Source: Eledone cirrhosa (taxonomy: Eukaryota). Taken from it: a stretch of 64,000 nt of DNA. A program made the position numbers and the translations under genes. A model generated the notes under the pieces. The model saw only the letters and a list, made by a program, of their open reading frames with translations, was not told the DNA's origin and searched no databases. Position 1 is the first letter of the stretch; the number at the start of each line of letters is the position of its first letter. The stretch covers positions 33,232,001 to 33,296,000 of the forward strand of contig OZ024753.1 of NCBI GenBank assembly GCA_964016885.1. The letters are read 5' to 3'. This document shows positions 1-10,820 of this stretch, piece after piece.

Positions 1-538
1 CATCCCTTTCTTCGTCCTCACTGAAACCCATCTCAGTAACCTCCACTTGGAAGCCGAGGTGAAAGTGAAACATTTCAAAGCCATCCGTGCTGATCGCGCT
101 GGCAGAAGAAAGGGAGGGACTGCCATTTATGTCCATAATTCTTTCTCAATAGAGGCTATGAACATATTCGCTAATGGATACTGTGAAGCAGTCACTGTAT
201 TCAGTCAAACCAACAACCTAATAGTAGTTGGGCTCTATAGGCCACCCCAAACGCCTGTACCATGCTTCAAGGAATGCCTCAACAGCATAAAGTGTTTCAT
301 CCAAGAGTGTCACCCTGACAACATCTTAATGATGGGGGACTTCAACCTCCCCGGAGTTGACTGGTCCACAAACAGCCTGCCACCAGGTTCTTCTGCCTCA
401 ACCTCTGACAGGGAAGCTGTGGAATCGCTTCTTGACTTCATGGATGATTTCTTCCTATCCCAACTGGTGCTCGAACCAACGAGGTGCCACAAAAACGTCC
501 TAGACTTAATTTTCAGCAATCACACTGACAATATCCAC
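1..538 (+). mobile_element. LINE fragment encoding an apurinic-like (APE/EEP) endonuclease domain, cut off by an assembly gap
   Basis: Translation shows LTETHL, RADR..RKGGTAIYV, VVGLYRPP, MGDFNLPGVDW and PTR...VLDLIFSN, the conserved APE motifs of CR1/L2/Jockey-type LINEs. Confidence 0.85.
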
Positions 539-738
539 NNNNNNNNNNNNNNNNNNNNNNNNNNNNNNNNNNNNNNNNNNNNNNNNNNNNNNNNNNNNNN
601 NNNNNNNNNNNNNNNNNNNNNNNNNNNNNNNNNNNNNNNNNNNNNNNNNNNNNNNNNNNNNNNNNNNNNNNNNNNNNNNNNNNNNNNNNNNNNNNNNNNN
701 NNNNNNNNNNNNNNNNNNNNNNNNNNNNNNNNNNNNNN
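539..738. other. Assembly gap (200 N)
   Basis: Run of N. Confidence 1.
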
Positions 739-835
739 CAGTACTCAAACTGTTATTAATCTTCATTGAAAAAGTCAATCTAAACATTATTTGAACAATT
801 TAAGAAGGTACGTAGTGACAGGTAACAGCCTAATA

Positions 836-1005
836 ACTGTTTCTACTTTTGGTACAAGGCCAGCAATTTTCCCAGTGCATTACTGGTACTTTTTTTTATA
901 GACCCCATAAGGATGAAAGGCAAAGTTAACCTCGATGGCATTTGAACTCAGACCATAAAGTGGCATAACTCTATGCTACAAAGCATAGCGTCCGACCCTC
1001 CACAG
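836..1005 (-). mobile_element. tRNA-derived SINE family A copy. Other copies or fragments lie near 3153-3322, 17487-17676, 24670-25160, 26110-26230, 28304-28686, 30161-30341, 34001-34197, 34827-35016, 40787-40962, 45291-45530(+), 45600-45790(+) and 58945-59160
   Basis: Recurrent ~185-nt unit. Sense strand has a B-box-like GAGTTCAAATCC, a central GCCGAGGTTGACTTTGCCTTTCATCC..GGGGTCGATAAAATAAAGTACCAG (resembles Meta/MESC-type SINE cores) and a GGCCTTGTGCC..AGTAGAAACAATT(ATT)n end. Confidence 0.85.
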
Positions 1006-1700
1006 TGACAAGAAATCTGAAGATAAACCTTGGACAACTAGAGCTGAATCTGGGAGAAGATGCAAGCAAAAGAGTTATTTAATTGAATCAGCAAGATTTT
1101 ATCCTTGGTGCAAAGTTATAACAGCTCTTAACAATATGGGGTCCAATCTGTAGCATATATTCATACCAGATTTGAGGAGTATAGCTTTCACCCTTTTTAT
1201 TGTCTCTCACTAGTCACGGAGGTCAGGGAAAATTTTATCAACACTACTCTTCTCTCCCTCAGATAAATCTATAATATAAAAAATAACATATGTTGTGCCT
1301 AGAGCCAAATTTGTGGCAAGTAATTAGACAAGGTCTTTGAGTAGGGAATACCATTCTATCTATCTTCCAACAGTCAAGAAGATCCTGAAAAAGGGTCTTG
1401 GACATAGACCGTCCCACTTTAGATAAATCTACAATCAAGAATTTTTAAAATGAAAGCATATGTTGCTATGTAGTCAATGTATTGATCGTCTGATATCTCT
1501 GTTATTTATCATATATTGATTAGCTTCCAATTGAGAATTATTGGCTGCATTTTATTGCAACATAAAACAAAAAAAATTTGACTGATTTATTACTGAAGAA
1601 ACAATAAATAAATATTAACAAATATAAAACAATAACAATGATAATAATATATAATAATAATAATAATAATAACAATAATAATAGTAATAGTAGTAATAAT

Positions 1701-2620
1701 AATGCTTTCTTTATTAACCACAAGGGTTTACATAAAGTAGACATTAAGGACAGTACAGGACAATACAGGACGGTACAAATGGGCATTTCTGCATGTAAAA
1801 AACAAAAACAGAGGATGTAACAAAAAAATAATGAAAAATTCCTCAATAGGGGGGAGACTTCGGAGGGACATTTGTGGAGAAAGCCCATTAAAAGGCCACA
1901 GTGACTCTGACGACCAGGGCAAGTGCCCTCTCCCAGTTTTCCACCTTTAATTTACAGACACATACTCAGAGTAGGCCCATTCACCCAGGCCATACTTGCT
2001 TCTCTCACCCATCTTTCAACAAAATGCTGGGAAGAGAGCACTTCCCTCTCTACCGTGATTTTCCTTTTCAAATGAAATTTGAAAAAGTCATCAGGGCATC
2101 ACCGAAGAGGTAAGTGCTCGTCTTCAGCCCTTTCAAACGTGTCCACCATACTATCTCTTTCGCCATGGCCAGCAGACAGATAAAAACTGCCTGCCCTTCC
2201 CGGCTAAAGGAAGAGGGCGGGGCAATCTTCACGATGGACTCAGCTGATAGCCGGATTCGTCCTACGTGCGACAGCAGGTGTTCGACATAAACCCACAAGT
2301 CAGCAATGCTCGGACACTGGACGAGTGCGTGCAGGACGGTTTCGTCGACCTGCGCACATCTCGGACATGCCCGGCTGACGGCACCTCCATGCCTGTAAAG
2401 TTTATCCTGAACTGGCAAGGCTCCTCGGTAGCACTGCCAGGCCAGGGATTTCTGGAAGTTGTCCATAGGCCCCGGCCCGAAAGTTCTTCCGAAGAGATTG
2501 GCTAGTTGTTTTTCGTTAAGGCCTAGAGTTTCCCCAAGTACGTCGTCGCTCTTCCCCTCCACTAATCCTCTATAGAACGCCGAGGTGGAGTTTCCACCGA
2601 TCACATTGCCCGATTGGTAG
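1701..2620 (-). mobile_element. Tx1/L1-clade LINE 3' fragment (zf-RVT cysteine-rich C-terminus plus 3' UTR)
   Basis: ORF 2068-2604(-) has FQKSLAWQCYRGALPV..KLYRHG and CPRC...ETVLHALVQC. It ends in AATAAAGAAAG beside a (TAA)n tract. Confidence 0.8.
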
Positions 2621-2730
2621 TAATAATAATAATTGTTTCTACTTTTGGCACAAGGCCAGCAATTACCGGTACTTTATTTTATCGACCGCATAAGGATTAA
2701 AGGCAAAGTTATAATAATAATAATAATAAT

Positions 2731-3138
2731 AATGATTTCTTTATTGGCCACAAGGGATGACTTCAAGAAAAACATTACGGACGGTACAATGTGGGTTTTT
2801 TTTTCATTATTTATATAAGAAAAAAAGAAAAAAAAGCCATAGAAACGTATAAACAATAAAAATGAAAATTGAAACAATGAAAAATTCCCCAATAGGGGGG
2901 AGACCTCTGAGGGTTACTCGTGGCGAAAACCACACAAAAGACCACGGCCACACTGAGCATCAGGGCAAGCGCCCTCTCTCAATTTTTCCATTTCTCAAAC
3001 TACAGGCGTATATTCAGAGCGGTCCCGTTCACTCGGACCATTCTCGCTACATTCACCCACCTTTCAACAAACTTTCTAGAAGGCAGCACTTGCCTCTCCA
3101 CCCCGATTCTCATCTTCAAGTGAAACTTGAAAAAGTTA
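2731..3138 (-). mobile_element. Second, diverged Tx1-like 3' fragment; a further remnant lies at ~19060-19110
   Basis: Colinear with 1701-2090: TTTCTTTATT..CCACAAGGG end, AATAGGGGG..AGAC, CAGGGCAAG.GCCCTCTC, TGAAA.TTGAAAAAGT. Confidence 0.75.
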
Positions 3139-3630
3139 ATCATGATAATAATAATTGTTTCTACTTTTGGCACAAGGCCAGCAAATACCCAGTGTATTAC
3201 TGGTACTTTATTTTATCGACCCCATAAGGATGAAAGGCAAAGTTAACCTCGGCGGGATTTGAACTCAGAATGGCAAGGGCCATAACTCTATGCGTCAAAG
3301 CATGGCGTCCGACCCTCTACCAATAATCATGATAATAATAATAATAATAATAATAACAATAAAGCAAAACCAAAAATTGTTAAAAGAGACAAATAAAAAA
3401 ATAATACAATAAACAACAACAGTAATAATACCAAATATAAAATGAAGACAAAGCTAAAAAACATTAAAACAAAGATGCAAATAAATAAATAAATAAAATA
3501 AATAAATAAAAGCAGCAAGAATTTGGTAATTTGTTCTATATCTTTAGTGTTTTCTGCTTTGTTGGTTTTGATAGAAAGTGTATTTAATGTTTTATCATCA
3601 TAAATGATAACATATTGACTTCACACAGAT

Positions 3631-3757
3631 GCACATACAGACATACTTACAGACATACTGCCAGACATACTGCCAGACATACTGCCAGACATACTGACAG
3701 ACATACTGGCAGACATACTGCCAGACATAGTGCCAGACATACTGACAGACAGAGAGA
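3631..3757. repeat. 12-bp minisatellite (AGACATACTGCC)n
   Basis: About 10 visible tandem units. Confidence 0.9.
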
Positions 3758-4173
3758 CAGATTTGATCCTCATGTTTCTTTTTCCTGCATATTAATAATG
3801 CTTACATTAAGATAATAGGTATACAGGCTTCGTTACAAACACATATGTACTCTCTTTCTCTCATATATATATACCTATATATATATAAATATACATATAT
3901 AAATAAATACATAGAATAAATACATAGAACAAGACACTTTATTTCACATTGCTCCAGTTTACTCAGCTGTAGAAATGAGATGATAGTGAAAGTGAACGTG
4001 TAGGCACCACGGAAAAAAAGCACCCAGCACTCACTGTAAATGAGGTTGGTGTTAGGAAGGGCATCCAACTGTTGAAATCAAGCCAGAATCAGTTCCCGTC
4101 CCACCCTTGCAAGCAGGGAAAAGTGGACGTAAAATGATTATGATACATACACATATATATGTATATATATATA

Positions 4174-4741
4174 AGGCGGCTGCCAACTCGTTTTCGAGTA
4201 CGGCCACTACTTTATATCCATGTAGGAGAAGCCCTACCGATACGCTGAACGAGTGTGACGTTTTAGTCCAGCCAGCGACTTGAAAACTCTGGTACAAACA
4301 CTACACTTGTGACAATTATTGACACAGTGCTGGGCCCATGGTACCATGTGACAACAAGTGCAAAGAGATCTCCAGATATAAAGCAATGCCTGTGCCTTGA
4401 AGCTTTTATAGTGAGCAAAGGCACTGCACAAAGCCAGTCCCACTCTCTTAACCAAGATGATATTTACCAAAAAGAAGAACAAGTCAACATCATTGGATAC
4501 CATCAGGGTTGCAGGTGTTATATCAGAGTTTTCCTTCTCCTAGAATTCTGCCTTGACAAAGGCTAAGGGGTCATCTCTCCCGGTGATTTTGGATGGCCAT
4601 TGACTCTTAAAAGCTCCTTTGCCCTTTGACAGTTTTTTGTTTTTAGTCCTGCAGGATGTCCAAAGTCACCCTCCTCACCAAGAAACCTTGGTGGGGTTGC
4701 CAGTTTAGTCACCAACGACCTGACCATGGGACAGGTTGTAC
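4174..4741 (-). mobile_element. Short internally deleted, non-autonomous RTE-type element. Further copies at 55082-55629(+) and partial 51892-52123(+)
   Basis: Three related copies. Sense strand joins an RTE 5'-UTR-like motif CTAGGAGAAGGAAAACTCTGA to a terminal C2H2-finger remnant (CSVCTRVFKSLAGLK.HTRSAH) and ends GAGTTGGCAGCC.CC(TA)n. Confidence 0.7.
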
Positions 4742-4752
4742 TGGGATACATG

Positions 4753-4788
<36 letters not shown>

Positions 4789-5356
4789 GCACGTATATAT
4801 GCATATATCATCATCATATATATATATATATATATATATAGATATACATATATATATATCCAAATACATACATAAATATACTTACATATATATATACACA
4901 CGCACACGCATGTGTGTGTGTGTGGGGGGGGGTGCATGTATACATATATATATTTAGTATGATACCCACCACTTAGAAACAATGTATTTTAAGGAATCTG
5001 CTAGAAATAGCAGCCATACATTTTTCAGGTTAGACAGACACATAGGATAATGTAGTTCTGAAATCATTGGGTTTTGGTTGACAGAATCAGCAGAGGGTGA
5101 GACAAAATACCTTGTGGTATTTGCTTATATCCTTTTTGTATTTTGAGTTCAAATCTTTCTGAGATTAAAAAATCAAGTACCAATATCGAAAATTACTCAT
5201 GCTGAAATAGTGGCACAAACACGCCAGTCACTGGCATTGGAAATAAGTGAAGGCAAAAACAGGTGCAGCACAGAAATCCCTGTTAAAGATAACACAAGAT
5301 CACAAGATGAGTATTTTTGACATAGCAAGGATTTGAAACTGGCAAGTACTGTAATA

Positions 5357-5536
5357 CATGGATGTCAAACATGCGCTATGTGGGGCACATGCAACCCTTT
5401 ACAAGCACAATTTTTTTACACCGCGATCATGTTTGATCTTTGTAAAATGAAAAAAAATAGTTGTCGCGTGTGGACCTCAGACAATACATGTGACCCATGT
5501 GGCTCTCGAGGAGGGGGCCTCAGTCTGATATGCCTG
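5357..5536. mobile_element. hAT-type MITE
   Basis: 8-bp target-site duplication CTGTAATA at 5349-5356 and 5537-5544. Imperfect 14-bp TIRs CATGGATGTCAAAC / GTCTGATATGCCTG. Confidence 0.7.
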
Positions 5537-6499
5537 CTGTAATACATAGATGTGTGCCAGGCAGCAGAGGAAGAGGGTGGCCAAGAAGGTGCTGGATAAG
5601 CAACATCTACACATGGGTTGACAGTTGTCCCTAGGAGGTGATTAGAATGGCAGAGGACAAGACTGTTTGGAGGAAATTGCAGAAAACATTCACAAAACAT
5701 TGGGGTCTATGATGATGATGATGATTACTAGTCGAATCCTGCAATTGACATAATCAATTATACCATTGAAGGTTGTGTTCCAACATAACCACACAATTTA
5801 AAGATTGGAACCTATAAAGTGCTGAAGAACTACATGATGAAATCATAGTGTCTGAAAAATAAACTCGATGGCAATAACTGGAAGCACTTTTGATCAAAGG
5901 GCTTCATTATTAAGTTTCTTCACCTGATGTGAAGGAACTACAATGATAAACTATTCAATAAAATGAAGCAAATCTTCCAATATACACAAACCATTAACAA
6001 ATCTAATAGCACTGGCTGTGGACATATTTGGCAATGCACCAACTTCTAAAATATATAATAACGAGGAATAATGAGATACAAGAAAATACAGGCAATTACA
6101 AACATACAAAAACCTAATTTAGCAGAAAACGTACAAAGGATACACATTTTAATTACTGAAGACTATATCTTAACGAATCAGTCCCATTTGTTTAAAATAC
6201 TGTTTGAATGTAGGCAAGATGGATGGACACACATACAACACACACACACAGAAATAGATGTCAAAGAAAAATCCTCAATTCCTCGAAGAATGGTGTTTAG
6301 GAATAGCACTGAAAATTTATAAAGAAATAAAATTACTTGTAGAGAAGTCAAATACAAAACTTATGTGTGTGTGTGTGTGTGTATGTGCATATATATGTGT
6401 GTACGTGAGTGTTAGTGTGTGTGTGTGTAAGATGTACAATAATCATATTTTTCTTTGGCTCTCTTAATATCTCCAACTAATTAAATGTTTCTTGTAATA

Positions 6500-6920
6500 T
6501 TTTGTATTTAATGATCTTCTTCGCCCACTTATTCCTGAGACGGTTGTGTGGACAAAGTCCTCAAACATTCCTTCCAGCAGGTCCTGTCAAAAGCAACCAT
6601 CTATAACTGATCTGGCTGGATCCCCAAGCAAGACCAGCCAAGCTCATGGATGTTATCCAGCTATCTTGCTCAGGATCTATCCCTGGATCTCTTGCCAGTT
6701 GGTTTGCTATAAAATCTGTCCAGTGATTCTTCCCTGAGACATTCTAACCACATGCCCATAATATTGGAGCTGTGACCTCTCAATTCAAAAAAGTAGCAGC
6801 TCTACCTGGAGTGACTCTCTGATCTCCAAACTAAGCTATCCACTCTATCGAGTAACATTACTCCAAGGACCCTTCCAAGGAACCCCATTTCAGCTGCCTG
6901 TATTCACCATCGTATTTTTC
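6500..6920 (-). pseudogene. Decayed RTE-clade RT C-terminal remnant. Similar remnants lie at ~5540-5720, 27170-27340, 30470-30700, 32830-33180, 44590-45000 and 49715-49900
   Basis: Minus-strand translation gives IERSQLQYYGHVVRM and GRP..RW-like motifs, with stops and frameshifts. Confidence 0.55.
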
Positions 6921-6979
6921 ACCTTTCTTCTGATTACTGAATGCTGTAGTTAATGTTCAATTTGCATATATATATATAT

Positions 6980-7625
6980 AACTTTGAATTGTTGATTATC
7001 CAGGAGATAAACCCTGCATCAATTTTTATGAGTATAGGTGAGGCTTAGTGGTTAGAGCATTGGCCTTGCAATCAAAAGGTTGTGAGTTCAATTCTCAGAC
7101 CGGGTGATGTGTTGTTTCCTTGAGCAAGACACTTTATTTCACATTGCTCCAGTTTACTCAGCTGTAGAAATGAGATGATAGGGACTAGGGTCCATATCAT
7201 TCCACTGCAAAGTGGTCGTGGAGGTGCCACGGCAAGAAAGCACCCAGCACTCACTGTAAATGAGGTTGGTGTTAGGAAGGGCATCCAGCTGTAGAAATCA
7301 AGCCAGAATCAGTTCCCGTCCCACCCTTGCAAGCAGGGAAAAAGCGGACGTAAAATGAAATGATGATGATGATGATGATATATTATCTATATATTAATCA
7401 GGCTGTGGCCATGTGGGGGCAGCAGAATTATATGGTGTATATATATATACACACACCATATAATTCTGCTGCCCCCACATGGCCACAGCCTGATTAATAT
7501 ATAGATAATATATACTCATAAAAATTGATACAGGGTTTATCTCCTGGATAATCAACAATTCAAAGTTAGTACTGAACCAAGCATGTGTTTAAAATGGAGA
7601 TGTGTCATAAACCTGTGACTAAATA
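6980..7625. mobile_element. Fold-back (palindromic) element in (TA)n, with its left arm interrupted by a SINE
   Basis: 6980-7036 plus 7381-7438 is the reverse complement of 7453-7567. An unpaired tail runs 7568-7625. Confidence 0.8.
7037..7378 (+). mobile_element. tRNA-derived CORE-SINE family B, full length. Other copies at 3928-4140(+), 35925-36257(-), 41581-41905(-), 55750-56050(-) and 56448-56787(-)
   Basis: A-box GGCTTAGTGGTTAGAGC and B-box GAGTTCAATTC, then CORE-like CCTTGAGCAAGACACTT...CAGTTTACTCAGCTGTAGAAATGAG, an RTE-like 3' end and a (GAT)n tail. Confidence 0.9.
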
Positions 7626-7694
7626 ATATATATATGGCGTAGGACAGAACAAAGGAGAGGCACAAAAAACAAAAAACAAAGAAAAGAACCCCCA

Positions 7695-7737
7695 GTCACT
7701 GAAGAGGTCACAGAATGTGTGACGAAAGAACTTTGAC
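7695..7737 (+). ncRNA. Type I hammerhead ribozyme motif in a PLE-type remnant (element ~7636-7891)
   Basis: gtca-CTGAAGA-g.gtcac(agaatgt)gtgac-GAAA-gaac-TT-tgac. Confidence 0.7.
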
Positions 7738-7945
7738 AATATATAAACAACCATCTGGTTGTGGAACCAACCAACCAACTGGAAATTTATAAATTCCTAA
7801 ATTTATAAATTTATTATAATAAATTGAAGTGAAAGCAACTGGTGCGTGTGTTTCTTATTGGCAACATGACCCTCCCAAAGTATAACAATATCGGTTTCAA
7901 AACACGTTTTCAGATAAAGAATCTTGCTAAACAAATTCAGAATCG

Positions 7946-7991
<46 letters not shown>

Positions 7992-9809
7992 TATATAAAA
8001 CTTATGAGAGAGAGTAATAAAAGCCAGATATCTGTGTGGGTATTCTGAATATGTCAAAGCAATTATTTGATAGTGGTAGCATTGATATGTTGTTGTGAAA
8101 ATACTTTAGACTGAGATATTGATAGGTCTTTTGCAATTTCACACTAACAACATAAATATATGCATGTATGCATGTGCGTGTGTATCTATATATATATATA
8201 TCATCTATATATATATATATCATCATTTACTGTCATTTTCCCTGCTATATCTATGTAATATATATATAAAATATAGATTAAAAAAGCATGAGTTCATCCA
8301 TTGCTCACTAACTATTTGCAATATATATAAACATATATGAACTAATTATAGATACAGAATGAAATTGAATATATACCAAATATGGTATTTTATTTGATTC
8401 CAACAGGTGAAACAACAATTAATTATCTGTAAAAGATAATGGCAGGAAATATTTCGAAAAAAAAGAAAAGGACAAGGTTTTACAACAATATATGGGAATA
8501 ACAAATAAATGTTTGTGGGGAAATGAATGAAATCCTTTCGGGAAATAAGGTAAAATAAATTGTAAGATAATAAATGAAATCCTTAAAAAAGAATAAAGAA
8601 TGGTAAAGTAATTCTGTAGAGGAACATGGCATGAAGGAAAATGAAAGGAGAAAATTGTAATGAATTGAGCAGTTTCCCAATGGATTAAGTATACAGTGAA
8701 GAAATGAGATAAAACTATTGAAAATACGAACAAAATAAAAACCGAATTTATATACACATAAATGAGAACACTAATAAATATAGGTAAGTCAATAACATCA
8801 GATATTGATGAGATTAAACTGACTGAGTTTAATCAATTTATATCTCTAAATAGAAAGTAAAGATATTGAAGATGATAAATGCATGGCCCTTGTTGTTTTT
8901 GTAAAACAGCTTGACAGCTAACACAATGATATTTGTTATGGCTAAATACAGATGGAATAAAATTATAATGCTTTTAGAAATGCATGTATATAACATGTGT
9001 CCCTTCATACACTATCATGCTGTGAGTGTTTGTGAGTACGTGAGTGTGTGCATGTGTGTGTGCGTGTGTGTGCGTGTGTAATACATGCTAGCATGGAAAG
9101 TGGACGTTAAACAATGATGGTGATTTATATATATATAACATTAAAAGAGATAGAAGTCTAAACAATGCAAAATGGACTGTAATATGAGGTAACAAAAAGT
9201 AAAAGTAAGTTACCTGGTAATCTTTGAGAGAGAGTTAGTTCCACAACAAATTAACACATCAAGTATGGTCTGTTAATTTGTTGTGGAACTCTATACCAAA
9301 CTTGTCCTTTGGACTGAGAGGTCTACCAACTTTGGATATAGCCTTGAGGTTTTTTTTTCACTACAATATGCTATATATATATATATATGTAAGTTGCAGT
9401 AGGAGAAAAACAACAACCTAATTCTTGAAAATATATTTATTTGTTTACAATTGTTTCAGAGGACAAAATCAAAATATATATACTCCGTGTGCTCTTTAAA
9501 GAGTTTGGCCTCTGGAAGAGCATCCAGCTGTAAAACCCATGGTAAAACTGAAATGTGAGATATAGCACTTGTCCAGAATAGGGCGATAATAACTCTGATT
9601 AAGTACGGTCTTGGTCTCTGACAGCCCATCTAACAGCAAACAATACAGTACAATAACTGTAGAAACCATGCTAAACAAATGGTCGAATAAATTTTACAGT
9701 TGTGTCAGGGACATTACAATCTATTTAGTACAGGATTTGTGGTAAAAATTGACCTTGTACAGTCTTGTAAATGGATTGGTGGTGGGAAGGGCATCAAGCT
9801 GTTGAAAAC

Positions 9810-9896
9810 ATGTACATATATATATATATGCATGTACATATATATATATATATATATATGCATGTACAGATATATATATATATATATATATGCATG

Positions 9897-9936
<40 letters not shown>

Positions 9937-10000
9937 TGTGTGTATATATATATGCATGTACATATATATATATATGCATGCACATATATATATATATGCA

Positions 10001-10031
<31 letters not shown>

Positions 10032-10251
10032 GCATGTACATATATATATATATATATATATATGCATGTACATATATATATGCATGTACATATATATATA
10101 TATGCATGTACATATATATATATATATGCATGTACATATATATATATAAATGCATGTACATTTCATTTCATTTTACGTCCGCTTTTCCCTGCTTGCAACG
10201 GTGGGACGGCAACTGATTCTGGTTTGATTTCTACAGCTGGATGCCCTTCCA

Positions 10252-10288
<37 letters not shown>

Positions 10289-10377
10289 GCATGTACATAT
10301 ATATATATATATATATATGCATGTAAATATATATATATGCATGTACATATATAAATGCATGTACATATATATATGCA

Positions 10378-10435
<58 letters not shown>

Positions 10436-10498
10436 TGTACATAGATATATATATATACATGTACATATATATATATATATATATATACATGTACATAG

Positions 10499-10529
<31 letters not shown>

Positions 10530-10547
10530 CATAGATATATATATACA

Positions 10548-10607
<60 letters not shown>

Positions 10608-10662
10608 TGTACATATATATATATGTATATATATATATATGCATGTACATAAATATATATAT
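9810..10662. repeat. Compound (TA)n-TGCATGTACA satellite, resuming at 14049-14378
   Basis: Variable-length TA runs punctuated by TGCATGTACA on both sides of the PLE. Confidence 0.9.
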
Positions 10663-10686
10663 ATTTTATAAAAAATCACAGATTAT

Positions 10687-10737
10687 AGTTTAAGCAAAGA
10701 ATCGCTGCTTTCACCCTTAATGGGATCTTCTGAAACT
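10687..10737 (-). ncRNA. Variant hammerhead ribozyme in the 5' inverted pLTR
   Basis: Reverse complement reads agttt-CAGAAGA-tccc(attaa)gggt-GAAA-gca(gcgattctt)tgc-TT-aaact. Confidence 0.65.
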
Positions 10738-10820
10738 AACAAAGTCAATCTGTAAACGCAGAAGTGGATATTTCAAAAAACGTTTCCCTCGGTTGAGCAC
10801 TCTATTGACTTATATTCATC

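Noticed and set aside
7037-7110. tRNA gene
   Set aside because: The A and B boxes belong to a SINE head that continues into the CORE and tail sequence
9238-9290. 20-bp hairpin AGTTCCACAACAAATTAACA...TGTTAATTTGTTGTGGAACT as a miRNA precursor or terminator
   Set aside because: No supporting context; local fold-backs are common in this window
9700-10679. Many long YI/CVC-rich ORFs here and elsewhere (e.g. 16333-16783, 37112-37489)
   Set aside because: They are translations of (TA)n/(CA)n microsatellites, which lack stop codons, and are not genes
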